Shown here piece by piece: positions 28,421-37,155 of a stretch of 64,000 bases of DNA; position 1 is the first letter of the stretch; each line of letters begins with the position of its first letter. The notes under the pieces are model-generated. The model searched no databases, had not been told where the DNA came from, and was given only the letters and a program-made list of their open reading frames with translations. This DNA comes from a virus (taxonomy: Duplodnaviria > Caudoviricetes). A program made the translations under genes and the position numbers. The stretch lies in the IMG/VR virus record IMGVR_UViG_3300042010_000129, positions 224,001-288,000 of that record; one strand, written 5' to 3'.

Positions 28421-29239
28421 TTAAACAGCTTTCGGATCGAGAATAATATCCCCGATTGCGGAAACGTAAGACGGATCACCGAAGCCCTGTTTGTAACCGT
28501 CTTGGCCGTGGCGACCGCCGACGTTTTCCAGCAGCGACAATTCGAAACCGGTGATATTCATGCAACGACGATAAGCCAAACGACCATCAGTCAATTGATA
28601 CGTCGGTTTGCCGGGGCGCGTATGGGAACACGGACTGCCAATCCCTTTACCGGCAATATGCCCGCAAATAGAACAGACATACGCGCTGTACATCATGCCC
28701 ATGGAATACGTGTTCAATTCGCGCTTTAAAACACGCGCACAACGAACCTGATCACGCGTGCGGTCGAGTGCCGCCAGCATTACCAGTTTCTGAATGTTTT
28801 TGAACTTCGTCGGGCGCATAAACGTACCGAAAATCAGACCACGAACCCATTCAGGTTTGTGCTGGTGTTCGATATACATTGGTCGGCCTTCCCACGTTTT
28901 ATAAGCCATGCGGGCGCACGGTTCATTCCACGCGGTGAATTGTTTCAGGTCTACCGAATCCCCGTTGGTATTGGGAATGCGCGTAACCATTGCAGGCACA
29001 GTGACCAGAATGTAATCGTTAATATTACGCGAAAGATTGTGATATTCCGCAGCACGTTGCAGCCACGTATTCGCTTCCAGTGTTTCCGCTTCACCAGTGC
29101 CCGAAATAGCGGCGCTGATTGGCAATTGACCGGATTCGTTCAGGCGTGCGCCGTTGAGTTCCACCGTGGAAATCGGCGTGCCGAGATTAAACCCGACCGC
29201 CATATTCCCAAGATCATTTCCATATTGATCAACAATCAT
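28421..29239 (-). CDS. putative prohead (maturation) protease (~272 aa)
   Basis: NGDS...EH.H (His), YSMG (Ser) and GFELSLL motifs with a CSICGH insert; upstream of scaffold and MCP. Start re-assigned to 29239 (GGAGG RBS, ATGA overlap). Confidence 0.65.
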   Translation of the reverse strand: MIVDQYGNDLGNMAVGFNLGTPISTVELNGARLNESGQLPISAAISGTGEAETLEANTWLQRAAEYHNLSRNINDYILVTVPAMVTRIPNTNGDSVDLKQFTAWNEPCARMAYKTWEGRPMYIEHQHKPEWVRGLIFGTFMRPTKFKNIQKLVMLAALDRTRDQVRCARVLKRELNTYSMGMMYSAYVCSICGHIAGKGIGSPCSHTRPGKPTYQLTDGRLAYRRCMNITGFELSLLENVGGRHGQDGYKQGFGDPSYVSAIGDIILDPKAV

Positions 29240-29574
29240 TTTTTCTGGCCTCCAGTGTAATGATCGCGCACCCACTGGCGGGCGTCTGCAATTGCCAGTT
29301 TATTTGGATTATTCAGACTCAATAATCCTTCGTCGCTTTGCGCCACATGCACGTTTGGATTTTCTTCATCCAGTTCATGGTCATGGTCGAAAGGATCGAA
29401 TTGTTTGTGGTGGATTTTTGCAGTCCACATTGCGGTTTGGTGCGAACGGTTTGCGCTTTCGTCGGGCACAGCGGCAAGGGTTGCAATGCGTTTATCGCCA
29501 TCGCAAACCCAAACCTTCGTGCGCTCATGCATGGGCAAATGACGTTCGTCAGGATCACTCAAAAACGTGAGCAT
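29236..29574 (-). CDS. hypothetical protein (112 aa)
   Basis: AGGAGG RBS. Confidence 0.75.
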   Translation of the reverse strand: MLTFLSDPDERHLPMHERTKVWVCDGDKRIATLAAVPDESANRSHQTAMWTAKIHHKQFDPFDHDHELDEENPNVHVAQSDEGLLSLNNPNKLAIADARQWVRDHYTGGQKK

Positions 29575-29584
29575 TTATTGCCTC

Positions 29585-30790
29585 CTAAAGAACGGTACGG
29601 TAATCGAAATCACCGTCGTAACGAATGTAGAAATTGTTATCGAATTTGCCCAACGTTGCACGGCCTTTACCATTGTCGAAATGGTACGCAACCTGATCAC
29701 CATCTTCGGTGGCGCTGACCATGTAACCCATGCGTTTGAAAAGCTTTTCCAGCGTCGGATAACCGCCGTCACAACTGAACGAAACGCCATCGCCTTGCGG
29801 TGTGTAATCGCGGCAATGTGCATAGCTCAGCAGGTAACGCAATTCGGCAAATTCCGGCTTCAACGCAGATGCAGAGGCGCCTGCAAATACTTCGTCGCGT
29901 TGTTCTTGGAAATCTTTCACCGAATGGTATTTCAGCATATCCGTCACATGATCCAGAATCAGGCCGATGGTATCAGCATCAGACATTTCCGTGGATTCGT
30001 TCGGAGTAAATACCGAGGATGCAAAGGCTTGGGAATCGGCGCCATTTGCTTTACGTTCTGCACGACGTTTCTTTTCACGCGCAGCACGCAATTCATCAAT
30101 GTCATCGCGCAGGTTTTTACCGTGTTTGGAACCGGCCCACACGTTGAACAGAGTTGCACCCAACAGCACGCCGAGGGGCGCAGCAGCCATACCAGCAGCC
30201 AACACACCAGCACCCAACAGGGCCATGGTTGCAACACCGCCCAAAACGCGGTGCATTGCGTGTTTCTGCGTGGTACTCATATCGTCCGGATGTTGTTCAC
30301 CGGAAACCAAATCACGCACGGCGCCCAGCCCTTTTCCGTACATGTTAGGCAGTTTCTTTTGCTGCTGTTGCACAGCGGCCACGATATCCTTTTTGTTCTT
30401 CTGAATGTTGTCAGAAGCTTCGCGAAGGTGTTCGTCTTTTACGCTGTCGAGTGCCTGCAAAGAACTCGGGTTAATCACCGCGACATTCGATTTGTTGAAA
30501 TCGGAAATATCTTTGCGGGCTGCGATTCGCTGACGTTGCTTTTGAATTTCGTCTTCGTCTTTGAATCGCTTGGCGCCCGTTGGCGCAGGCGCTTTCTTTT
30601 CGATGTTGTCCGGATCTTCCTTTCCGGTCATGAGGAAACGATGGCTCGAATGCGGATAGAGTTTAATGTAACGCTCTTTTCCGCTCTTCGACAGTTTCAG
30701 AAATTCACCCTTACTCAGGCGTTTCTGCCACGTTGCCATTTCCTGCACGTGCGATTCGTCCTTGAACGCCCACGCTAGAGCAATAATCAT
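29585..30790 (-). CDS. putative internal head/ejection protein with a hydrophobic hairpin (401 aa)
   Basis: N-terminal MIIALAWA motif; central VLGGVATMALLGAGVLAAGMAAAPLGVLLGATLF segment. Confidence 0.6.
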   Translation of the reverse strand: MIIALAWAFKDESHVQEMATWQKRLSKGEFLKLSKSGKERYIKLYPHSSHRFLMTGKEDPDNIEKKAPAPTGAKRFKDEDEIQKQRQRIAARKDISDFNKSNVAVINPSSLQALDSVKDEHLREASDNIQKNKKDIVAAVQQQQKKLPNMYGKGLGAVRDLVSGEQHPDDMSTTQKHAMHRVLGGVATMALLGAGVLAAGMAAAPLGVLLGATLFNVWAGSKHGKNLRDDIDELRAAREKKRRAERKANGADSQAFASSVFTPNESTEMSDADTIGLILDHVTDMLKYHSVKDFQEQRDEVFAGASASALKPEFAELRYLLSYAHCRDYTPQGDGVSFSCDGGYPTLEKLFKRMGYMVSATEDGDQVAYHFDNGKGRATLGKFDNNFYIRYDGDFDYRTVL

Positions 30791-31862
30791 AGAAGACTTC
30801 CTGAATTCGTTGGTTCAATTTCACAACGTCAGTTGCGATATCGACCGGAATATCACCGCCCAAATGCATGCTCAGCAAAATGTCGCGATGCTTTGCAGCG
30901 AAACGGTAATGTCCGAGTTGTTGGTAGCAGGCCATCAACATGTGATCGCACCATGTACCCGAATAATACAGATCCTCGAAAATCATATCGTAATCTGGTT
31001 TTTCGTAATCCATCGCGCTTTTCACACACGCCACGGCATGCTCATATTTCCCATTCTGGAAATAATACGAAGCGAGGTGACAGTACGGTTCGCGGATATT
31101 GTTGCAATGTTGAATTGCGTGACGATACCACCACTCGACTGTCTCAAAATCCTGCGACATACGCGCAATGCGCATGCAGCTATCAGCACGGAACGGCGCG
31201 AATGGCTCAAGTTCCACGTGCTGCTGGAAAAGTGGACTCGCCATAGAGAAATTACCCATCGCTTGATATTCGCGAGCGAGGTACGAAAGATTCCGTGCGT
31301 CGTTGGGGTTTTCTTCGTAGGCAAGTTTCAGCAAATCAATGTAGTGCCCCGGCGTTTTTTGTTCACCGTAATGCACGACCATGATCGGCAGGGTAGGCTT
31401 CTGTCCAGCTTCCTGCGCGATCAATATTTCGTGTACTGGATATTGCCATGCACAGGTATTGCGACGATGAATCGCCAGACGCGGATAGGACATTAAAATG
31501 TTCCCATGTTCGTCGTGCGAATAAACCAGCGTGTAGTTGGCCGTAGACATTTCTTCTGTGAATTGTGTTTCGATTACTTCCCGCCAATCGGGGGACAAAC
31601 GTTCATCGAAATCGAGAGAAATGCAAACGTCGTAGTCATTTGGAATATAAGACATTGCCTCATTACGGGCATGGTCGAACCGGAAAGGTTTACCGGTGTG
31701 CATCTGGTTGACTACAGCGCCGCCCGCTTCCAGCAGGCCTATTGTGGCGTCTTTGCTCCCAGTGTCCAGAACAAAGATGCCGTCTGCATCCTTCACATTT
31801 TCCAGCCAAGTTTCAATCTGGTTTTGTTCATCTTTCGCAATTGCGTACACGGCAATTTTCAT
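30711..31862 (-). CDS. glycosyltransferase family 2 with C-terminal TPRs
   Basis: IAVYAIAKDE, VLDTGSKD, FDHARN, SLDFDE (DxD) and YPVHE; TPR helices (NPNDARNLSYLAREY). Confidence 0.9.
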   Translation of the reverse strand: MKIAVYAIAKDEQNQIETWLENVKDADGIFVLDTGSKDATIGLLEAGGAVVNQMHTGKPFRFDHARNEAMSYIPNDYDVCISLDFDERLSPDWREVIETQFTEEMSTANYTLVYSHDEHGNILMSYPRLAIHRRNTCAWQYPVHEILIAQEAGQKPTLPIMVVHYGEQKTPGHYIDLLKLAYEENPNDARNLSYLAREYQAMGNFSMASPLFQQHVELEPFAPFRADSCMRIARMSQDFETVEWWYRHAIQHCNNIREPYCHLASYYFQNGKYEHAVACVKSAMDYEKPDYDMIFEDLYYSGTWCDHMLMACYQQLGHYRFAAKHRDILLSMHLGGDIPVDIATDVVKLNQRIQEVFYDYCSSVGVQGRIARAGNGNVAETPE

Positions 31863-32180
31863 TTACTTAACTCGCTGTTGGTCGAAAGCCGAAATGCTTT
31901 CCATGATGGATTTGACAAGCCCGGTTGCGCCCTCCGCACTAGGCGGGAATTTAACGGCGTTCGGCCACTGCACACTGCGATAGTGGTTGTTCGTTTTCAC
32001 GTCGGAAATGCCCCATGCATCCTGACGTTCCAGAGTCACGACCGCAAGGCCGTTTTGTTCGCCGTAAACCATCAGACTCAAGCGAGCCGGAAGGTCGGGC
32101 TTTTCGTGATGCTCCACAAGTTTTACGTCGTAGGGATATTCGCGTGTCAGCATTTGTTGCACGGTTGCTACGGTGTTCAT
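31863..32180 (-). CDS. hypothetical protein (105 aa)
   Basis: Coupled ORF. Confidence 0.7.
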   Translation of the reverse strand: MNTVATVQQMLTREYPYDVKLVEHHEKPDLPARLSLMVYGEQNGLAVVTLERQDAWGISDVKTNNHYRSVQWPNAVKFPPSAEGATGLVKSIMESISAFDQQRVK

Positions 32181-32183
32181 TGG

Positions 32184-34124
32184 TTAAATTCCGTATTTGT
32201 TGCGAAAAGTGTTGATCGTTTGGATTGGTATTTTCAAGGAGTTTGCTTCGGCGGTCTTTTTATTTGAAGCCGATTCATCCTTCACGATCAGCAGTGTCGC
32301 CTGCTTAACCGTAGAGGCGATCTTACCACCGTTTGCAATAATCCATTTTTCCGCTTCTGCATCGCGAACGGAAGTGAACAACACGGACTGCCCAGCCATC
32401 TTGGAACCAACTACTTCCGCTTTTTTAGCCGCAATAAGTTTAATCCCATTGCGCTTGCAGAATTTGACGAATGCATTTAGGTTCCCGGCAATCTGATCAG
32501 CCAGTTTATCGAAACCTTTGATATCCCTTACACGCCGCGCCAACTGCGAATCGTCCCAAGTTGTTTCGAGCAATTCGGGAATGCCATCGAACAGAAGTTG
32601 CAGACGTTTTTCAGCGATGCCCTCACCAAAAGCGGCAGAACCTTGGGCAACGTTTAGGAAAGTCATTTTGGATTTTGTGGACTTCAGGGCCTTGTGCAAT
32701 TTCACGGCAGAAGTTTCGCCGTAAGCTGGTAGGTTCTTGATATCGGCCAAATCCATATCGAGGATTTTCTTCACGGTGTCGTAACCGGCGTCCACAAGCT
32801 TGGTGACAACCCCTTGCTTCACGCCGTCAACTTCCAACACGGTGAAAAAGTACGTCAATTCTTTAATCGTGCGCAGGTTGGATTTCCCATCATGCACCGC
32901 GTAAAGAAATGCGCCTTTTACTTTGTATGGAACGTCGGGCACGGCTGGCTTTTTCGCAGCTTCCACAACTTCCATGATGTACGGGATTACGTCGCCCGAA
33001 CGCACGCAACGAATGATCGCGCCTTTGTTCAGTGGACGCGGTTTATACGGCGGCTTGCCACCGTTTTTCTTCACGTCTTCTTGGCTGTAACCGTTTTTGA
33101 TGTAATCGTAATTGTGCGCCGTAAAACTGGTGACGCTCACACCACCAATAATGGTCGGTTTGATCTTGATTACCTGCGTGAGTTTTCCGAGGCGGGATTC
33201 CTCGAACACCACGTCGATTACAGGCACAACAACAGAGTTTGCAATGCTGTTGATTTTAAATGCGTAGGCGTGTTCCGGATAACCTTCGCCAGCTTTGTAT
33301 TTGACGTTCTGCGCCATCACAACGCCGTCGATATCCCGGCCCGCTTCTTTCTTCCGCTGGTCGTGGTATTTCTCCATCGACTCTTGCGTGATTTTCTTCA
33401 CCACAATATGCGGCACCACATCGAATTTGTAGCGTTCGAGAATCGCCAACTGTTCGTTGAGTGGAATGCCTGCACCTTTGCCCAAAAGAATTTCGTAGCA
33501 GATGGTACGGAATTTCTTCGCATGCTCATGCACTACGTCCCGGTTGAGCAAGCCACCGGCAGTGTTGCGGCCAGTCTTGTCGTCAGGGAAATATTTCTTG
33601 AACGTGGTTTTATCAATCGTGAATTCCGCACGGACAATGAAACGCCCTTTGTACGGAATTGACTTCGGAATTTTGAGGTGCGGAATAATCTTCGACACGT
33701 TCTTACCGACCGTGCCTTTCTTACCGCGAGTGGTCGCCAGAATTGGCACACCATCTTGGTAAGTGATGGACAAGGAAATTCCGTCTTCCTTGTCGCTCAG
33801 AGTGAAGCTGGTAGCCTTCATAAAAGCGAGGCGGCGACTTTCCGTCAGCGTGTGAAACTTATCGAGACTTGCCATCGGAACTTCGAGAACGATATCGACG
33901 TTTTTAACACCGCCAACATCCTTTGCGCTTTTCGCACGTTTCGTAATCGACCAACGATAATCGTCCATGATATCGTAGATTTCATCCGACACTACTTCCG
34001 CATTTGCACGATATCTTTCGTCCAACTCTTTCAGGATTTCGTTCAGCTTTGGAAGTTTGTACGACTTCGCGAACGCTAGTGGATCGCGGCGCATTGCTCG
34101 CTTTTGTTCAAGCGTGAATTTCAT
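32184..34124 (-). CDS. ligA: NAD-dependent DNA ligase
   Basis: SDEIYD (domain Ia), KEDG adenylation motif, TRG, DIDGVV, RSGDVIP, HhH repeats and C-terminal BRCT. Confidence 0.93.
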   Translation of the reverse strand: MKFTLEQKRAMRRDPLAFAKSYKLPKLNEILKELDERYRANAEVVSDEIYDIMDDYRWSITKRAKSAKDVGGVKNVDIVLEVPMASLDKFHTLTESRRLAFMKATSFTLSDKEDGISLSITYQDGVPILATTRGKKGTVGKNVSKIIPHLKIPKSIPYKGRFIVRAEFTIDKTTFKKYFPDDKTGRNTAGGLLNRDVVHEHAKKFRTICYEILLGKGAGIPLNEQLAILERYKFDVVPHIVVKKITQESMEKYHDQRKKEAGRDIDGVVMAQNVKYKAGEGYPEHAYAFKINSIANSVVVPVIDVVFEESRLGKLTQVIKIKPTIIGGVSVTSFTAHNYDYIKNGYSQEDVKKNGGKPPYKPRPLNKGAIIRCVRSGDVIPYIMEVVEAAKKPAVPDVPYKVKGAFLYAVHDGKSNLRTIKELTYFFTVLEVDGVKQGVVTKLVDAGYDTVKKILDMDLADIKNLPAYGETSAVKLHKALKSTKSKMTFLNVAQGSAAFGEGIAEKRLQLLFDGIPELLETTWDDSQLARRVRDIKGFDKLADQIAGNLNAFVKFCKRNGIKLIAAKKAEVVGSKMAGQSVLFTSVRDAEAEKWIIANGGKIASTVKQATLLIVKDESASNKKTAEANSLKIPIQTINTFRNKYGI

Positions 34125-35422
34125 AGACGTTTCCCAGCAGTCATTTCAAGGTCGGCGGCCTTTTCCAAAATCTTGTCGAGTTCAGGCCCTTGCATCAGAC
34201 GCCCTACCGAAACAGATTTCAATTGCCGCAAGTCTTCCCCGGCATGCACTTTGTAATGACGCAACGATTTGGTGTCTTCATTGTAAAGCACAAGCGTGTC
34301 AGACATGCCGTGTTCTTCAATGCTGACGATTACCCACTCGGCGTTATCCCGCGCAATCAGCACTTGTCCTTCTTGTGCCAATACCGCAGTTTCATCATCG
34401 ACTGGTTCACCGTCTTCGTCGGTTTCCTGATCTTTGTGGAAATCCATTTCTGGATCTTCCTCTTCCTCAAAGTCTTCGTCTTCCAAAGGAGTAATACCCG
34501 GTTCTTCTCCTTTATTTACAGTATTGCCTCCGCTTTCCTCGGGGAAATCTTCCTGTTCGATTGGCGGATTCAGCAGATTTTCTTCGTCTTCCGGTTCGAA
34601 ATCGAAATCTTCGTCGATATCTTTGTAATCGAAAGTGGTCACAAGCGGTTTATTTCGCACCACATGTTTTGCACTTTCCGACTCGCCAGTTTTGGTCTGG
34701 CGTGGCAGCGGAACATCGCGTGGCTTGCGTGGGATTTTAATTGCCCGCGCACGCTTGGGAAGTTCTTTTGCCAGTTCCGCAAATTCGACGATGCCGGTCT
34801 GCTGTTGGGCACGCGGCTCAATGTCGGTATTGTTCGTGATTTGTTCGTACAGTTCGTGCGCGATCAACACGCGTTCACCGTTCGGCATGATCACATAACC
34901 GCCATGGGATTTACGCAGGTAGCGCAGGCCCACAACGTCACCGGTTTTCAAAGTAGAACGGGAAGTCCCGTAATGCTTCGTGGTCACGGTGATGCTGTGC
35001 ATTACCTTTCGCCACTGGTAATCGTCGCGGTCGTAACTGTGAACTTCGCGAGGCTTGCGCGGACTCACATAAAACTGCGATTCTTGACGATCATTTTCCA
35101 GTTGGTTTTTGCGCATGTACTGGTGCCGGGCGCCTTCCTTTTTTGGCGCTTCCGGAATCCCTTTGTACTCTTTGAATTGCTTGATGAATTTGTCGATTTG
35201 ATCCTGCTTGATCGACCGGTAAATCTTTTGCGGGTATTTGGCGAGTACCACTTGATACGCACCAGCGGTTGGCCCCCGTGTTGCTTTTCGGAAGCCAACC
35301 AAATCGTCAGTATCGACCGTGACAGGCGTATCGTCCAGCCGCAACTTAAAACTTTTACCCGCGTTGTACATCCATTCGAACTGCTTGAAATCAGCAGGTG
35401 ATGCGGCAAGGGAAATAATCAT
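34121..35422 (-). CDS. hypothetical protein with acidic C-half, possible head protein (433 aa)
   Basis: N-terminal MIISLAASP motif; repeated L..GD.VG.R SH3-like units. Confidence 0.7.
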   Translation of the reverse strand: MIISLAASPADFKQFEWMYNAGKSFKLRLDDTPVTVDTDDLVGFRKATRGPTAGAYQVVLAKYPQKIYRSIKQDQIDKFIKQFKEYKGIPEAPKKEGARHQYMRKNQLENDRQESQFYVSPRKPREVHSYDRDDYQWRKVMHSITVTTKHYGTSRSTLKTGDVVGLRYLRKSHGGYVIMPNGERVLIAHELYEQITNNTDIEPRAQQQTGIVEFAELAKELPKRARAIKIPRKPRDVPLPRQTKTGESESAKHVVRNKPLVTTFDYKDIDEDFDFEPEDEENLLNPPIEQEDFPEESGGNTVNKGEEPGITPLEDEDFEEEEDPEMDFHKDQETDEDGEPVDDETAVLAQEGQVLIARDNAEWVIVSIEEHGMSDTLVLYNEDTKSLRHYKVHAGEDLRQLKSVSVGRLMQGPELDKILEKAADLEMTAGKRL

Positions 35423-37086
35423 GTCACAATAATCTCTTTCGTCGCGGTGACTGTTTCGTGTTGGAGTGTGTAGGAAGTTTGCAGCGTGTACGTGCCCGGA
35501 ACGGTTGCGGTTACAACACCGAGAACGATTGAAACGTTGTCGTCAGAACACCACCACAACGCGCTGGCTGTGCGCTCGGAACCATCGCTGAATTCGACCA
35601 GTGCCTGATATTGCGTAGGCACCAACACACGGAACGTTTCCGGCCCGGTAATGCGGGCATGGATTGGATACGTGCGATTGTCGATAATGGTCACGGGCAA
35701 ACTTGCTTCCAATTCAACACCGCTAATTGACAGCGTGGCGTAAACAGTCAGTTCTGCCGTTTCCATTACCTGCACCGCGTGAAGAATTCCCGAATTGGTA
35801 ATCGACGCGATATGGTTATTGGAAAGCGTCCACTTCGCAGGCAGCACAATGTCTGTACCGTCAGCATAAACAACGTGGAACTTCAGCGACTGGTATTCAC
35901 CGACGTACATTGGCGAGCGCAATTCAATCCACGCGCTGACAGGCAGCGTAGCGGACGGCACAACGTCAATGGTTTTGAAAGCCGAAAGGTTTTCATATTG
36001 CGCCATGAAATTTACGGATGTTTCCGCATCAACTTTTGGCGCTGCGTAGAACTGGTTGCCGTCGTCAAGGGCGCCAGCACTTGTTACCGTGTGAATCTTC
36101 GAGGTAACGGCCTTGCGTGTACCATCGCTAAAAATCAGCGTGGTGTAATACTGAACGACCAAACCTTCACGAACTTTCGAAGGGCCTTCAATCTCCAACG
36201 ATTCGGCGCGCACGGTTAAACCGACGACGCTCAATTCAATTGAAGCACTGGTAATAATTCCATCGTATTCGAAGACGCCAATAATCGTGGTGGTTTCCAC
36301 GCCTTCGACTGCGTTGGCACAAAATGCACCGTTACATGAAATCGTACCGGCCTCGGGATTGGTGCTGACCCACGTCGCAACAACCTCGTTATTTTTGCCG
36401 TTATCAAAAAGAACGTCGAGGCCAAAACTGGCACGCGCACGTTCCATCACAATTGACGGCCCGATCACATAAGCTCTGACCGGATAAATTGCAGAATCGA
36501 CAACCAGAATGTCCATGAAAATCTGGCGCGTTACACCGTTCTCCGTGTAGGAGGCGGTAAAGCGAACCATTGCAGAGCCGCGAATCTTTTGGAAATGCGC
36601 AAGGCCCGTCGCGTCAATTGTGGCAACGCTTGGGCGGCTGGAAACAAAGGTAGTCGGTATAACAATAGCGCTCGAACCGTTGTCGTAATTCGCAGTGACG
36701 ACGTATGATTCTATTGTGTTTTTCTCCACTTCGGTTTTACCCGCAATGGAAATAGAAATGAGGGCAGGAGGCGTATCAACATCCCGCACATAAATGACAA
36801 CTGTTGCAGTCAGCGTGGAATCCGATCCCGCGTGATAATACCTGCACAAGACTTGCACCGGGCGCGTACCCGTTTGCACAGAACCAGCAGTAAATAAACC
36901 ACTCGGTGAAATCGTGCCGTACTGTTCGGAAGCAACAGACCATTCTGCCTCGACTTCGTGTTGCGAATTGTCGTCAAAAGTGGCGACCGCACGCATTTGG
37001 AAAGTCGAACGCTCCGCTATTGGAGCACTAGGGCCAACCAAATCCAGTTGGATTGGCACCAGTTCCTCAAAGCTAGTATCGGCCAT
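35419..37086 (-). CDS. Ig-like (Big_2-type) repeat virion protein (~555 aa)
   Basis: About six ~90-aa repeats I.GP..V.E....Y......DG....V.A.W.S....ATI...G; GGAG RBS before 37086. Confidence 0.85.
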   Translation of the reverse strand: MADTSFEELVPIQLDLVGPSAPIAERSTFQMRAVATFDDNSQHEVEAEWSVASEQYGTISPSGLFTAGSVQTGTRPVQVLCRYYHAGSDSTLTATVVIYVRDVDTPPALISISIAGKTEVEKNTIESYVVTANYDNGSSAIVIPTTFVSSRPSVATIDATGLAHFQKIRGSAMVRFTASYTENGVTRQIFMDILVVDSAIYPVRAYVIGPSIVMERARASFGLDVLFDNGKNNEVVATWVSTNPEAGTISCNGAFCANAVEGVETTTIIGVFEYDGIITSASIELSVVGLTVRAESLEIEGPSKVREGLVVQYYTTLIFSDGTRKAVTSKIHTVTSAGALDDGNQFYAAPKVDAETSVNFMAQYENLSAFKTIDVVPSATLPVSAWIELRSPMYVGEYQSLKFHVVYADGTDIVLPAKWTLSNNHIASITNSGILHAVQVMETAELTVYATLSISGVELEASLPVTIIDNRTYPIHARITGPETFRVLVPTQYQALVEFSDGSERTASALWWCSDDNVSIVLGVVTATVPGTYTLQTSYTLQHETVTATKEIIVT

Positions 37087-37112
37087 GAGAAAATATTCTC
37101 CATATTCAACGG

Positions 37113-37152
37113 AAAAAGCGGGGTGCCCAAAACAAATGGACAACCCGCCTTC
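37113..37152 (-). terminator. terminator-like hairpin
   Basis: GGCGGG...CCCGCU stem followed by UUUU between two Ig genes. Confidence 0.55.
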
Positions 37153-37155
37153 ACG

